DNA of 64,000 nt from Legionellales bacterium UBA4759. GTDB taxonomy: Bacteria; Pseudomonadota; Gammaproteobacteria; Legionellales; Legionellaceae. This document shows, piece by piece, positions 50,520-60,115 of the stretch (position 1 is the stretch's first letter; each line of letters begins with the position of its first letter). A program made the position numbers and the translations under genes. The notes beneath the pieces are model-generated. The model ran no database searches, had not been told where the DNA came from, and saw only the letters and a list, made by a program, of their open reading frames with translations. The stretch is from positions 24,180-88,179 of the forward strand of contig DHHZ01000127.1 of assembly GCA_002403515.1 (NCBI GenBank), read 5' to 3'.

Positions 50520-53500
50520 TCATCGCCTTCCTCGAGCTTTAGGAGACATTATTGCCGATTCAATTAAACGTGCTGTTTCTTCGCTAATCTCTGGTGTTTT
50601 TGGTACTTTGATATTGGTTTTTTCTTCATAATTTTTTTTAAAAGACTCATACCAACTCGCTATACTTTCAACTGAAAACTGCGCAGCTGCCTCATCTACA
50701 GATTCCTCGGCTTGAGTGGCCAAGGGTTTAAAAAAACTTTGATTTGAACTTGCGCTTTGTGCAAAGGACTTTTCTCGCCATTCGTTAAAATAGATAGAAA
50801 GTGCTTGGCGTAATAATTTTTTTCGGGACAGTATTAATGCATCCAACTCTTTTTCTAGGTAAGTGATTTTGCCAATCAAAGTTTTTGATAATTCATCTTT
50901 ATTTCTTAGAAACCATTCATAATCGTGGATTTCCTCTGCTGGGAACATGGCTAGGCTTACTGGATAAAGATTAATTTTTTCCAATGCACTTTCAATTTTT
51001 CTAAGCCGATTTAAATCTCTTTTTTTATTAATGAGATGTTCATTGACAATCGATACGATGAAAGAGAAGGCCATGCGATTGGGGGATTTATGTTCTTTAG
51101 AGTTTTCAAAAAACTTTTTGGATTGCTGGGCGAGTTTTCTATCAATCCATTTTTGTTCGGCAATATTAAAGCGAGCTGACCAAATCAGTGTGCTTTGAAC
51201 ATAATTTAAGGTGGATAAATCATAAACTACAGGTTCTGTTTGAAATCTATGAGATTGAGTATTTAATTCCAACATACTTTTGTAAAGTTTTTTTAACAAT
51301 TTAAGTGATTTTTTTTGAGCAATAGGAAGCGCATTATTTTCTGGGCGTATCTGTGCTTGAGTTTCACTGAGTTGTTCTTTGATCTGAGATAAAGATATAA
51401 GGTGAGGGAATTTTCTAAATTCAACCAGATAAATGTTTCGTATCATTTGACTTAAAAAATGAATACCAAGCATTTCATTGAGTAAGAGATTTTCTGGTTG
51501 TTTTAAATTGGTTTTGAATTGTTGGAAATCAAGGCGAAGACGATTAATAAAAATTTCATGTTCGTCTGCAGGTAGTAAACCATGGGTTAAAACCTGGTTT
51601 TGAATAATGGAAATTTTCTCTTCAAAATAACTAAGCAGCATTTCTAGATTTTTAAATCTTGATTGAGGTGGGGGTGTTTCACCTTCAGGTAAATTGTCTA
51701 ATTTATCGGTATTGTCACAGATTGAATCCAATTTATTGTGAATCTCCTGAATTTCTTGGTAGACCAATTCGGCATCACGTTCAATTAATCCGGCTTGATT
51801 AATAGCCAGTTCCATAATTTCCACATCATCGCGGACTCGAAGCTCCAATTGCTCTTTATTTTTTTTAATGATTTGTGCAATGGTTCTTATTTCATAAGCA
51901 GGCATTTCTGAACTGACAGAGGCTGCCAGTGATTGTGATTGTCTCAGTTGGTCTACGGTAAGTTTTGCTCCTTCAGACTTGTAACACAGGTATAAGGTTT
52001 TGGCCTTGTGATACAAACCGGATAAATCTTTTTCTTCAGTGATTTGACACAAATATCTTAAAAAATTAAATTGTCTTGCAAGCATGGCTCTTTTATAAAA
52101 TGTACCAACTCGAGTTTTAAGCTCTTCGTCATCACTATCAATCACATACTCGATGGATTGAAAGATTTCACCTAAAAGGTCTTTGGTTTTCACTAAATCA
52201 GTTAGCCATGCTCGCATTTCCTCAATGAGTGCGCGGTATTGTATTTGTTGAAGCCAAGCCCTCGGAATTTGTCGCTGTTGATAATCTTCAAAACGTTTTT
52301 GGTTCCTATCCCATGTTTCTCTTAAAGCAGCAAAATCAGGGAGGGGAGAAATAGAAGAGTGTACTGGCAAGGGAGGGTCTTTTAAAATCGATTTTTCAAT
52401 AAAATCCAAATAAAAATGTGTTTTGGCAAGACAGATTTTAATGTCATTAAAAAGTTTGACATGATCATAAGTTTCTTGAGGTTCTAGGAAAACTTGTTGA
52501 ATGGTTTGAATTTCCCGCATGATTAAGGTGTATTGTTCGGCGATATTTATTCTTGAAATGTATTGCGCATCATATTGTTCAATGGCCTGCCCCATATCCA
52601 CCATTTTTTGAATTTCGCGCAAATGATCATTGATTTGACTTTTTAACATGCGACTTTTTCGATAATTCAGTTGACTTTCTCTTTCCAAAAGCTTGATGCC
52701 AAAGTTTAAATGTGGAAAATCTTCAATAGTTTGTAATAATATTTGAAAATTCATTTCATAAACTTTTTGAGCTCTTTGGATACTTTGTAGAGGGGTTTGT
52801 AAGTCCTTGAGTTTTAATAAACTGGTTTGATAAATCCACGTTTCTTTCACTGGTAAATCGCGTGATGCATAAATGGCTAAATTGCCTTCTTCGATGAGTC
52901 GACGAATTTTTTGAAAATATTTTTGGTCGTAAGTTTTTGCATAATTCATACAATACATTATTTCTTGGGCGGAAAATAATGTGTAATAAGCTGCCTGGGC
53001 TGCTTTTTGTTTCGCAAGCACTGGATTGTCTGTGTGTTTAAAAACCTCGGTTAGTGTTTGAAATGCCGTCCCTTCAATTTCTTCGGCATCTTCGAGTTTG
53101 GTTTGAAGATAATGATGGTTGGCCGATTGCAGCATACCCAACATGGATGCGGATTGGTTGTAGGCTTCAATATCATCACTATCCCTAACATTTCTTTGAG
53201 AAGTGAAGATGTCTTGTAATTTTCTTTGCCATTGAAGTTGTCTTTTGGGGGTCCAAGGACACTCATGCTTTTCTTCTGGATATCGAATCTCTGAGGCTAT
53301 TAAAAGAGGCCCAGGTTCACTGTCTAATTGATAGCAGACTTGATGGGTAAAAAAATCTGGTCGTAAACGTTTTAAAGCTTCACGGTGAAGATCTTCTAAA
53401 ATAATATCCGTGCTACGTGTTGCAAAGTTGACTCCCAAATGCGCGGTTGTTTCACCTTGCCCCAGTAAAATAATGGGATATTTCACATTCCCATCCAAGG

Positions 53501-54161
53501 CAATATATTGGCGATGGGATGGCAAAATACCCGAATGAATACGGCTTTCAGTATTTAATATGAGTGCGTGATTAAGCGCGCCTATGATGGTGTAGGCTTG
53601 ATAGTTTTTAATTTGGCCAGTAATGGGGTCGACATAGTTTTCATAACCACCTAAAAGTGCTCGAACAGCGGGACCACAGCGTCTGACAATTTGATTGGCA
53701 GCATCATCAAGTTCTAAAGTTTTTCGAGTACCAATGCGGCTTAATTTTGTTCTAAAATTCGAAAAATCTATGGTTGGCCAATCGCGATAATTCAGAGTAT
53801 CGGTCGATGGGGGCGTTGCAGCATTTAAAAGTGCTCTGACCACATCATTTTTATGTTCCCTAAGTCTTGCGATGGCATAGGATTGCATGGCGTGGACAAA
53901 AAAATTAGCCAGTTTGATATAACCATCTTCACCTGCGGCCAATCGAAAAATTAAAAATTGGTAACGAAAGCTTAAAATACTTGCCACACGTCGAGCGATT
54001 TTTTCATAATCTTGCGCGGGAATATAAAAAAGCATTTGAGCTGAAAATAGTCTTTCTTCGGCTTCAGCTTGTTGCCTTTTTTGCTCTACACTATCGTATA
54101 TAGCATTGCTTGCTCCAGCTGCAGCAGAAACGACCAATTGTCCAGCTGAACCTATCCCCAT
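50520..54161 (-). CDS. 1213-aa hypothetical protein with a globular N-terminal ~330 aa and a long, predicted helical/coiled-coil C-terminal part (candidate secreted effector)
   Basis: Uninterrupted 3.6-kb ORF. I recognise no catalytic motif. Glu-rich C-terminus ...PEISEETARLIESAIMSPKARGRR. No obvious SD before the ATG. Confidence 0.8.
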   Translation of the reverse strand: MGIGSAGQLVVSAAAGASNAIYDSVEQKRQQAEAEERLFSAQMLFYIPAQDYEKIARRVASILSFRYQFLIFRLAAGEDGYIKLANFFVHAMQSYAIARLREHKNDVVRALLNAATPPSTDTLNYRDWPTIDFSNFRTKLSRIGTRKTLELDDAANQIVRRCGPAVRALLGGYENYVDPITGQIKNYQAYTIIGALNHALILNTESRIHSGILPSHRQYIALDGNVKYPIILLGQGETTAHLGVNFATRSTDIILEDLHREALKRLRPDFFTHQVCYQLDSEPGPLLIASEIRYPEEKHECPWTPKRQLQWQRKLQDIFTSQRNVRDSDDIEAYNQSASMLGMLQSANHHYLQTKLEDAEEIEGTAFQTLTEVFKHTDNPVLAKQKAAQAAYYTLFSAQEIMYCMNYAKTYDQKYFQKIRRLIEEGNLAIYASRDLPVKETWIYQTSLLKLKDLQTPLQSIQRAQKVYEMNFQILLQTIEDFPHLNFGIKLLERESQLNYRKSRMLKSQINDHLREIQKMVDMGQAIEQYDAQYISRINIAEQYTLIMREIQTIQQVFLEPQETYDHVKLFNDIKICLAKTHFYLDFIEKSILKDPPLPVHSSISPLPDFAALRETWDRNQKRFEDYQQRQIPRAWLQQIQYRALIEEMRAWLTDLVKTKDLLGEIFQSIEYVIDSDDEELKTRVGTFYKRAMLARQFNFLRYLCQITEEKDLSGLYHKAKTLYLCYKSEGAKLTVDQLRQSQSLAASVSSEMPAYEIRTIAQIIKKNKEQLELRVRDDVEIMELAINQAGLIERDAELVYQEIQEIHNKLDSICDNTDKLDNLPEGETPPPQSRFKNLEMLLSYFEEKISIIQNQVLTHGLLPADEHEIFINRLRLDFQQFKTNLKQPENLLLNEMLGIHFLSQMIRNIYLVEFRKFPHLISLSQIKEQLSETQAQIRPENNALPIAQKKSLKLLKKLYKSMLELNTQSHRFQTEPVVYDLSTLNYVQSTLIWSARFNIAEQKWIDRKLAQQSKKFFENSKEHKSPNRMAFSFIVSIVNEHLINKKRDLNRLRKIESALEKINLYPVSLAMFPAEEIHDYEWFLRNKDELSKTLIGKITYLEKELDALILSRKKLLRQALSIYFNEWREKSFAQSASSNQSFFKPLATQAEESVDEAAAQFSVESIASWYESFKKNYEEKTNIKVPKTPEISEETARLIESAIMSPKARGRR

Positions 54162-54205
54162 GGGAGCTTGGGCAATTGCTTCACTGGTGGCTTGACTTAT
54201 TTGTC

Positions 54206-54424
54206 TTAGTTGTTCTTTTTTTTGTTGGTTAAAAAACTTAAATATTCGGCTCTTTTTTCAGCAAGTTTTTCACTTTCTTCTTGGGCATTAAGCATCGCAA
54301 CAATGCCTTTTTGAATAACAGACTCACATTCATCGCACTTATGCCGAATCATACGATTAATCGCTTGTCGGTCTTCAGTGGTCATTCTCACCAAGAGTTT
54401 AGATTTTTCTGTAGCGTTTTTCAT
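54206..54424 (-). CDS. 72-aa ribbon-helix-helix-like small protein
   Basis: KSKLLVRMTTEDRQAINRMI has the pattern of an RHH beta-strand followed by a helix. It ends 44 nt upstream of the 1213-aa ORF. Confidence 0.55.
   Translation of the reverse strand: MKNATEKSKLLVRMTTEDRQAINRMIRHKCDECESVIQKGIVAMLNAQEESEKLAEKRAEYLSFLTNKKKNN
54215..54221 (-). promoter_or_regulatory. Candidate -1 ribosomal frameshift heptamer A_AAA_AAG (within an A8 tract)
   Basis: Zero frame reads AAC AAA AAA AAG AAC AAC TAA. The -1 frame reads AAA AAA GAA CAA CTA AGA ... and is open through to the ATG at 54161 and the whole 1213-aa ORF. Confidence 0.4.
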
Positions 54425-54605
54425 AGCACATCCTTGTGTTATCTTATCTTCGAGTAAAAAACAATATAGCCTGAAATTTTATAAATTTAAATGATTAAAC
54501 CATCATGTATTTTATCAAAGTTATTGGTATTTCAATAAGCACACCAATTTATTGTTCAATTTTTGTTCTATAATGAACATGTAGCGGTTCTAATTAGGTT
54601 TTACT

Positions 54606-55553
54606 ATGATTAATCAAGCACTATCTTGGGCATTAAATTTTTTATCTTCTTTAAACAAAAAAGTTATTGATGCAGCAATTTTTCGACAAGTTCCATGGTC
54701 AATTGTGTATCGTATTAAAACCAAGGAAGAAATTTATTATTTGAAATTAAGTCATCCAATCTATTCAATTGAAGGTAAATTATTATTTTTTTTTCAACAA
54801 CATCATTTTCAACATGTTCCAAAAATCATTGCCTTTAATGAGAATTTAAATGCAATTCTATTAGAAAATGCTGGAGAAAATTTTCATAAATTATTTGATG
54901 GTCAGTATCAACATTCGTGGATAAAAAAAGCAATAAAGTATTATGCCAAATTACAAATTAATTCCACAAATTATTTAAACCAATTGAATTTAATTGTGCC
55001 CGAATCATGTCATTTAAAAAGTTTCCCCTCTGAACTGGAAAATTTTTTATATCATGACGCAGATATTTTATTAAATGATGGTGTTAGTCACAAAGATTTA
55101 AGGGATTTTATAAGAATGATTGATAAAATAGAAAAATTATGTCAAATGTTGGCCAATTTTCAAATTCCTAATAGTATTGATCATGGTGATTTATTCGATG
55201 AAAATTTACTTTTAAGCAACCGTTCATTGATAATAAATGATTGGGCCGACGCAGGTTTAGGGCATCCTTTTTTTTCATATGGGTTGTTCATTCATCGATT
55301 AATGAGCAGTTATCATATTCCCTATATATGTCAAGTTGGTTTAAAAAAAACATATTTAAATTCATGGCAAAAATATTATAGTTATCAAGAATTGAAAGAT
55401 ATTTTAGATTTAATTATGCCTTTATCAAATTTAAGAACATTGATGAGTTACGCAAGAATTGCCCAAATTAATCCGCAGAGAAAAATGACTCTTTATCAGG
55501 GGTATTTATGTCAAAATTTAATGTTATTCATACATGATTTTAAGGAAATTTAA
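54606..55553 (+). CDS. Aminoglycoside/choline-kinase-fold phosphotransferase (APH family)
   Basis: Catalytic loop IDHGDLFDENLLL (HGDxxxxN) and metal-binding INDWADAGLGHPFF (DW.. motif). Confidence 0.75.
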   Translation: MINQALSWALNFLSSLNKKVIDAAIFRQVPWSIVYRIKTKEEIYYLKLSHPIYSIEGKLLFFFQQHHFQHVPKIIAFNENLNAILLENAGENFHKLFDGQYQHSWIKKAIKYYAKLQINSTNYLNQLNLIVPESCHLKSFPSELENFLYHDADILLNDGVSHKDLRDFIRMIDKIEKLCQMLANFQIPNSIDHGDLFDENLLLSNRSLIINDWADAGLGHPFFSYGLFIHRLMSSYHIPYICQVGLKKTYLNSWQKYYSYQELKDILDLIMPLSNLRTLMSYARIAQINPQRKMTLYQGYLCQNLMLFIHDFKEI

Positions 55554-55554
55554 T

Positions 55555-55587
55555 CTAGTGTCTGATTGTAATGCAATCAGACACTAG
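55555..55587. terminator. Strong bidirectional hairpin between the kinase gene and SulP-CA copy 1
   Basis: Perfect 14-bp stem ctagtgtctgattg / caatcagacactag, loop taatg. Confidence 0.7.
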
Positions 55588-57814
55588 GTATTTCTTTATT
55601 GAATACTTGCAATTCTTTTTCATAATTAGAGAATTGCACTTTACCGGAATTGACATCATAAACAGCCCCCACAATACCAATTTTTTCGGATTGTAGAAGT
55701 TGATTAAGAATGGTGCTTTTGTGAGTAATTTCAGTGATGCTGTTGGCGATATTGAGATGCGTGACATTATCAATGAATTTTTGGTTGATGGTTTTGGAGT
55801 GTTGTTCTTGCACATGAATTGCGGGTTTGATTTTATGCAAGAGTTGGGTGATGTGTCCTTCTTTAAAGTCATGACAAGCGGCATTGATGGCGCCACACCC
55901 AGTATGGCCGAGGACCACAATCAGTTTTGCACCAACGACATGACATGCATATTCGATACTGGCTAAGATATCGTCATTGACGACATTGCCAGCGATTCGA
56001 ATACAGAATAAATCTCCAAAGGTCATGTCGAAGATGGTTTCGACAGGGACTCGTGAATCAATGCAACCCAAGACAACAGCAATAGGGTGTTGGGTTTTGG
56101 CGGTATGTTGAATATCCATCATATTACTTCGGTGGATGATTTGGTCTTTGAGGAAGCGTTGGTTGCCTTGTTTGAGGATATCGAGTACATCCTCAGGGGT
56201 GAGGATGCTTTGAGCATCATAGGTTGTGACATTGATGAAGTTGATGTGGTCATGGATGGCATAATGGTCTTTAAAGCCAATCAAATTTAAAGAGATATTT
56301 TTTTGAGGGGCTTGCTCTTCTTTAAACTCTTGAATGAATTCGATGATTTCTTTATCCATGAATTCCGTAAAACGCGCATCAATAATAAGTTGCGAGTCTT
56401 TGGGAATGGTATTGAGTTCGGCTATCAGTGAAGCTTTATTCAGAAAAGTGGTTTGTTGCGGCAATACCAAACGGTTGGTAATCCCTGTGGGATAGACTTC
56501 TTGAATGATATCAATTCGAACTTGACTGCCAGAGCGTAAAATAAAAAATAAATGCGTGATTAAACCAACAATAATACCTAACAATAAATTAAAACACACA
56601 ATACCCAAAAGCGTAACAATAAAGGGTAGAAAGCGATTCATACCTTGTTGATACATGGTCTGATAGATTTTAGGTTTTGTCAGTTTGTAACCAGTAAATA
56701 TTAAAATACTCGATAGGATACAAAGTGGGATTTGATTAAGAATATGGGGAATAAAGCAAAAAGATAATAATAAGAATAGACCATGTACAATAGTGGATAC
56801 TTTGGTTTTTGCTTTAGATTGAATATTAACCGAAGTTCTCACAATCACAGAGGATAAGGGTATCCCGCCAAAAATCGCAGCAGCCATATTCCCCACACCT
56901 TGTGCGAGTAATTCTCTATCTTTATCTATGGTTTGGTGTCTGGGGTCAACTTTTTCTGTGGCACTAATATTCATTAAGGTCTCTAATGAAATAACAGCAG
57001 CAATTAAGCCTGCATAAAGATAAACATTAGGGTTTAACCACTGAGACCAATCGGGCTTGGCCAATGTATGCCATATATGAGCTAAGCTGTCATATTGTGG
57101 AATGTTTACCAGAAGTGGCACGTGTTGAGCAAAAATGGATTTATGATCAATAAACCATAAATTGATTAGGCTTCCCAAAATGACCACGATAATGGCTCCT
57201 GGAAAAAATTGTAAAAGAGTCGATTTGGATTTTTCGACATAAAGCATGATGCCTAATGATAGCAATGATAAAATCACGCCACCGGAGTTGATATGAAAAG
57301 TTAAGCTCATCAATGGATGAAAACCAAAGCCCTCTGCAGAATCGACTAATACTTCTTGGAGTTCGCCAAAATTTTTTGTGATGGTGAATGCCAGCGGAAT
57401 TTGTTTGATAATCAATAGCAGGCCAATCGCGCTTAACATCCCTTGAATCACATTATTGGGGATGTAGTCGGCAAAAAAACCGCACTTTTTATAGCCTGCC
57501 AACACTTGTAAAAAACCAGCCAAGAATATGGCAAGCAAAACACTTTCATAATGTTGGAGTTGTGATAAGGCGCTGATGATAATTGCAACAATAGCAGCTG
57601 ATGGACCACTGACACTAAGCTGGGAGCGGCTCAGTATACCGACAATCATCCCACCTGCAATGCCACTGATTAAACCAGAGTAAATGGGAGCGCCAGCCGC
57701 AAGTGCAACACCCAAACATAAAGGTATAGCCACTAAAAATACGACAATACTGGCTAAAAAATCATGTTTGAAAAAACGTTTGAAATAAATATTTGTTTTT
57801 TTAATCATACACAC
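55577..57814 (-). CDS. SulP-family anion transporter fused to STAS and a beta-class carbonic anhydrase (copy 1)
   Basis: Multi-TM SulP core (GISGPSAA-type motifs). C-terminal beta-CA signature GCIDSRVP ... GHTGCGA. Confidence 0.9.
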   Translation of the reverse strand: MCMIKKTNIYFKRFFKHDFLASIVVFLVAIPLCLGVALAAGAPIYSGLISGIAGGMIVGILSRSQLSVSGPSAAIVAIIISALSQLQHYESVLLAIFLAGFLQVLAGYKKCGFFADYIPNNVIQGMLSAIGLLLIIKQIPLAFTITKNFGELQEVLVDSAEGFGFHPLMSLTFHINSGGVILSLLSLGIMLYVEKSKSTLLQFFPGAIIVVILGSLINLWFIDHKSIFAQHVPLLVNIPQYDSLAHIWHTLAKPDWSQWLNPNVYLYAGLIAAVISLETLMNISATEKVDPRHQTIDKDRELLAQGVGNMAAAIFGGIPLSSVIVRTSVNIQSKAKTKVSTIVHGLFLLLSFCFIPHILNQIPLCILSSILIFTGYKLTKPKIYQTMYQQGMNRFLPFIVTLLGIVCFNLLLGIIVGLITHLFFILRSGSQVRIDIIQEVYPTGITNRLVLPQQTTFLNKASLIAELNTIPKDSQLIIDARFTEFMDKEIIEFIQEFKEEQAPQKNISLNLIGFKDHYAIHDHINFINVTTYDAQSILTPEDVLDILKQGNQRFLKDQIIHRSNMMDIQHTAKTQHPIAVVLGCIDSRVPVETIFDMTFGDLFCIRIAGNVVNDDILASIEYACHVVGAKLIVVLGHTGCGAINAACHDFKEGHITQLLHKIKPAIHVQEQHSKTINQKFIDNVTHLNIANSITEITHKSTILNQLLQSEKIGIVGAVYDVNSGKVQFSNYEKELQVFNKEIPSV
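55613..56509 (-). repeat. Direct repeat copy A (~0.9 kb) covering the STAS and beta-CA coding part
   Basis: Aligns without indels to 57932-58828 at a constant offset of 2319 nt. I counted about 30 mismatches by hand. Confidence 0.95.
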
Positions 57815-57901
57815 CTCTTAGTTTTATGCCATCGTAAAACAAAATGAGATAAAAGTTAAGAGATTTAGGACTAATTTGGTCTTATTTTTAAATAATCGAG
57901 T

Positions 57902-60115
57902 TTAAAGGGGTTCACTCTTAAAATTTTGGATTTCTTTTTCATAATTTGAGAATTGCACTTTACCGGAATTGACATCATAAACAGCCCCCACAATACCAAT
58001 TTTTTCGGATTGAAGGAGTTGATTGAGGATGGTGCTTTTGTGGGTAATTTCAGTGATGCTGTTGGCGATATTGAGATGCGTGACATTATCAATGAATTTT
58101 TGGTTGATGGTTTTGGAGTGTTGTTCTTGCATATGAATTGCGGGTTTGATTTTATGCAAGAGTTGGGTGATGTGTCCTTCTTTAAAGTCATGACAAGCGG
58201 CATTGATGGCGCCACAGCCAGTATGACCGAGGACGACAATCAGTTTTGCACCAACGACATGACATGCATATTCGATACTGGCTAGGATATCGTCATTGAC
58301 AACATTTCCGGCGATTCGAATACAGAATAAATCCCCAAAGGTCATGTCGAAGATAGTTTCGACAGGGACTCGTGAATCAATGCACCCCAAGACAACGGCA
58401 ATGGGGTGTTGGGTTTTGGCGGTATGTTGAATATCCATCATATTACTTCTGTGGATGATTTGGTCTTTGAGGAAGCGTTGGTTGCCTTGTTTGAGGATAT
58501 CGAGTACATCCTCAGGGGTAAGGATGCTTTGAGCATCATAGGTTGTGACATTGATGAAGTTGATGTGGTCGTGGATAGCGTAATGGTCTTTAAAGCCAAT
58601 CAGATTTAAAGAGATATTTTTTTGAGGGGCTTGCTCTTCTTTAAACTCTTGAATGAATTCGATGATTTCTTTATCCATGAATTCTGTAAAACGCGCATCA
58701 ATAATGAGTTGCGAGTCTTTGGGAATGGTATTGAGTTCGGCTATCAGTGAAGCTTTATTCAGAAAGGTGGTTTGTTGTGGCAATACCAAACGGTTGGTAA
58801 TCCCTGTGGGGTAGACTTCTTGAATGATGTCTACACGAGATTGACTATTGTAACGAAGTACAAATAATAAATTTAATAATAACCCTAAAACAATACCTGT
58901 AAGAAGATTCAAAAATATGACGCCTAAAACGGTAGCAATAAAAGGAATAAACCGTTCTAGACCTTGTTTGTAAATACGCCAATAAACTTGGGGGTGGGTT
59001 AATTTATAGCCTGTAAAAATTAAAATACTGGCAATCACTGATAAAGGAATTCGATTTAAAATTTCAGAAATTAACAACATGCTCAATAATAATAAAAGAC
59101 CGTGAAATATGGTAGAAACTTTGGTTTTGGCTTTATTTTCAACATTAACGGAGGTTCGAATAATGACCGATGTAATTGGCAAGCCGCCGAAAAGACCAGC
59201 CAATAGATTGCCAACACCTTGTGCAAATAATTCTTTGTTTTTATCTGTCATTCGATGGATTTTATCTAATCTTTCAGTGGCTGTGATATTAATTAGTGTT
59301 TCTAAAGAAGATATGCATGCCAATAAAGCCGCATAAAAATAGATCAATGGATTGCTCCAATTTTTAAAATTTGGTTTGGCTAGGGTGTGCCAAAAGTCAT
59401 GGATATCATCAATCGTTGGGATATTGACCAAATACATGTGGTGCTGGGCAAACAAAGAATGCGATAGGGTAAAGTACTCATTTAATGCGGTACCTAGGAT
59501 AATAACAACGATGGCACCAGGAATTGAGGATAGATTGGTTTTTTCAAAAAAAATTAAAAGAGCTAATGAAATAAGGCTTAAAAGAATAGCACCACTATTG
59601 AGATGAAAACTAAGATGCGTCCATAAGAAAATATTGCCATCTTCAAATCCTTCAATTAATAAATTTTTCAACTGATGGTAATTATGTGAAACCGTAAATG
59701 CTAAGGGCATCATTTTGATGATTAATAACAAACCAATGGCACACAACATACCCTTAATGACAGAAGAAGGAATATAGTCGGCAAAAAATCCCCAGCCCAA
59801 TTTGCCAATGAGCATTTGAAAACAACCCGACAAACACAAGGCCAATAAAAAATTTGAAAAAGAGCCTAAATTTGTAATTGCTAGAAGGACAACAGCAATC
59901 ATCCCGGCAGCAGGACCGCTGACACTAACAGCCGAGCTTGATAAAAAACCAACCACAAGCCCGCCAATAATACCACTGATTAAGCCAGAGTAAATCGGGG
60001 CACCAGATGCCAGGGCAATACCCAAACAAAGGGGGATTGCAACAAGAAATACAATGATACCGGCAAAAATATCATATTTGAAATAATGTTTAAAATATAA
60101 AGAGAGCCGATTCAT
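57902..60115 (-). CDS. SulP-family anion transporter fused to STAS and a beta-class carbonic anhydrase (copy 2)
   Basis: Same architecture as copy 1. The C-terminal ~296 aa differ from copy 1 by one residue, while the TM domain is clearly diverged. Confidence 0.9.
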   Translation of the reverse strand: MNRLSLYFKHYFKYDIFAGIIVFLVAIPLCLGIALASGAPIYSGLISGIIGGLVVGFLSSSAVSVSGPAAGMIAVVLLAITNLGSFSNFLLALCLSGCFQMLIGKLGWGFFADYIPSSVIKGMLCAIGLLLIIKMMPLAFTVSHNYHQLKNLLIEGFEDGNIFLWTHLSFHLNSGAILLSLISLALLIFFEKTNLSSIPGAIVVIILGTALNEYFTLSHSLFAQHHMYLVNIPTIDDIHDFWHTLAKPNFKNWSNPLIYFYAALLACISSLETLINITATERLDKIHRMTDKNKELFAQGVGNLLAGLFGGLPITSVIIRTSVNVENKAKTKVSTIFHGLLLLLSMLLISEILNRIPLSVIASILIFTGYKLTHPQVYWRIYKQGLERFIPFIATVLGVIFLNLLTGIVLGLLLNLLFVLRYNSQSRVDIIQEVYPTGITNRLVLPQQTTFLNKASLIAELNTIPKDSQLIIDARFTEFMDKEIIEFIQEFKEEQAPQKNISLNLIGFKDHYAIHDHINFINVTTYDAQSILTPEDVLDILKQGNQRFLKDQIIHRSNMMDIQHTAKTQHPIAVVLGCIDSRVPVETIFDMTFGDLFCIRIAGNVVNDDILASIEYACHVVGAKLIVVLGHTGCGAINAACHDFKEGHITQLLHKIKPAIHMQEQHSKTINQKFIDNVTHLNIANSITEITHKSTILNQLLQSEKIGIVGAVYDVNSGKVQFSNYEKEIQNFKSEPL
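57932..58828 (-). repeat. Direct repeat copy B (~0.9 kb) covering the STAS and beta-CA coding part
   Basis: See copy A. Similarity ends abruptly at both edges. Confidence 0.95.

Noticed and set aside
55555..58285. Duplicated small ORFs 55555-55920 (-), 57871-58239 (-), 55700-55966 (+), 57953-58285 (+), 56087-56290 (+) and 58406-58609 (+), which look like a conserved pair of gene families.
   Set aside because: They lie entirely inside the ~0.9-kb repeat of the two SulP-CA genes in other frames. Their apparent conservation is a by-product of that repeat, and the SulP-CA frame carries clear beta-CA and STAS motifs.
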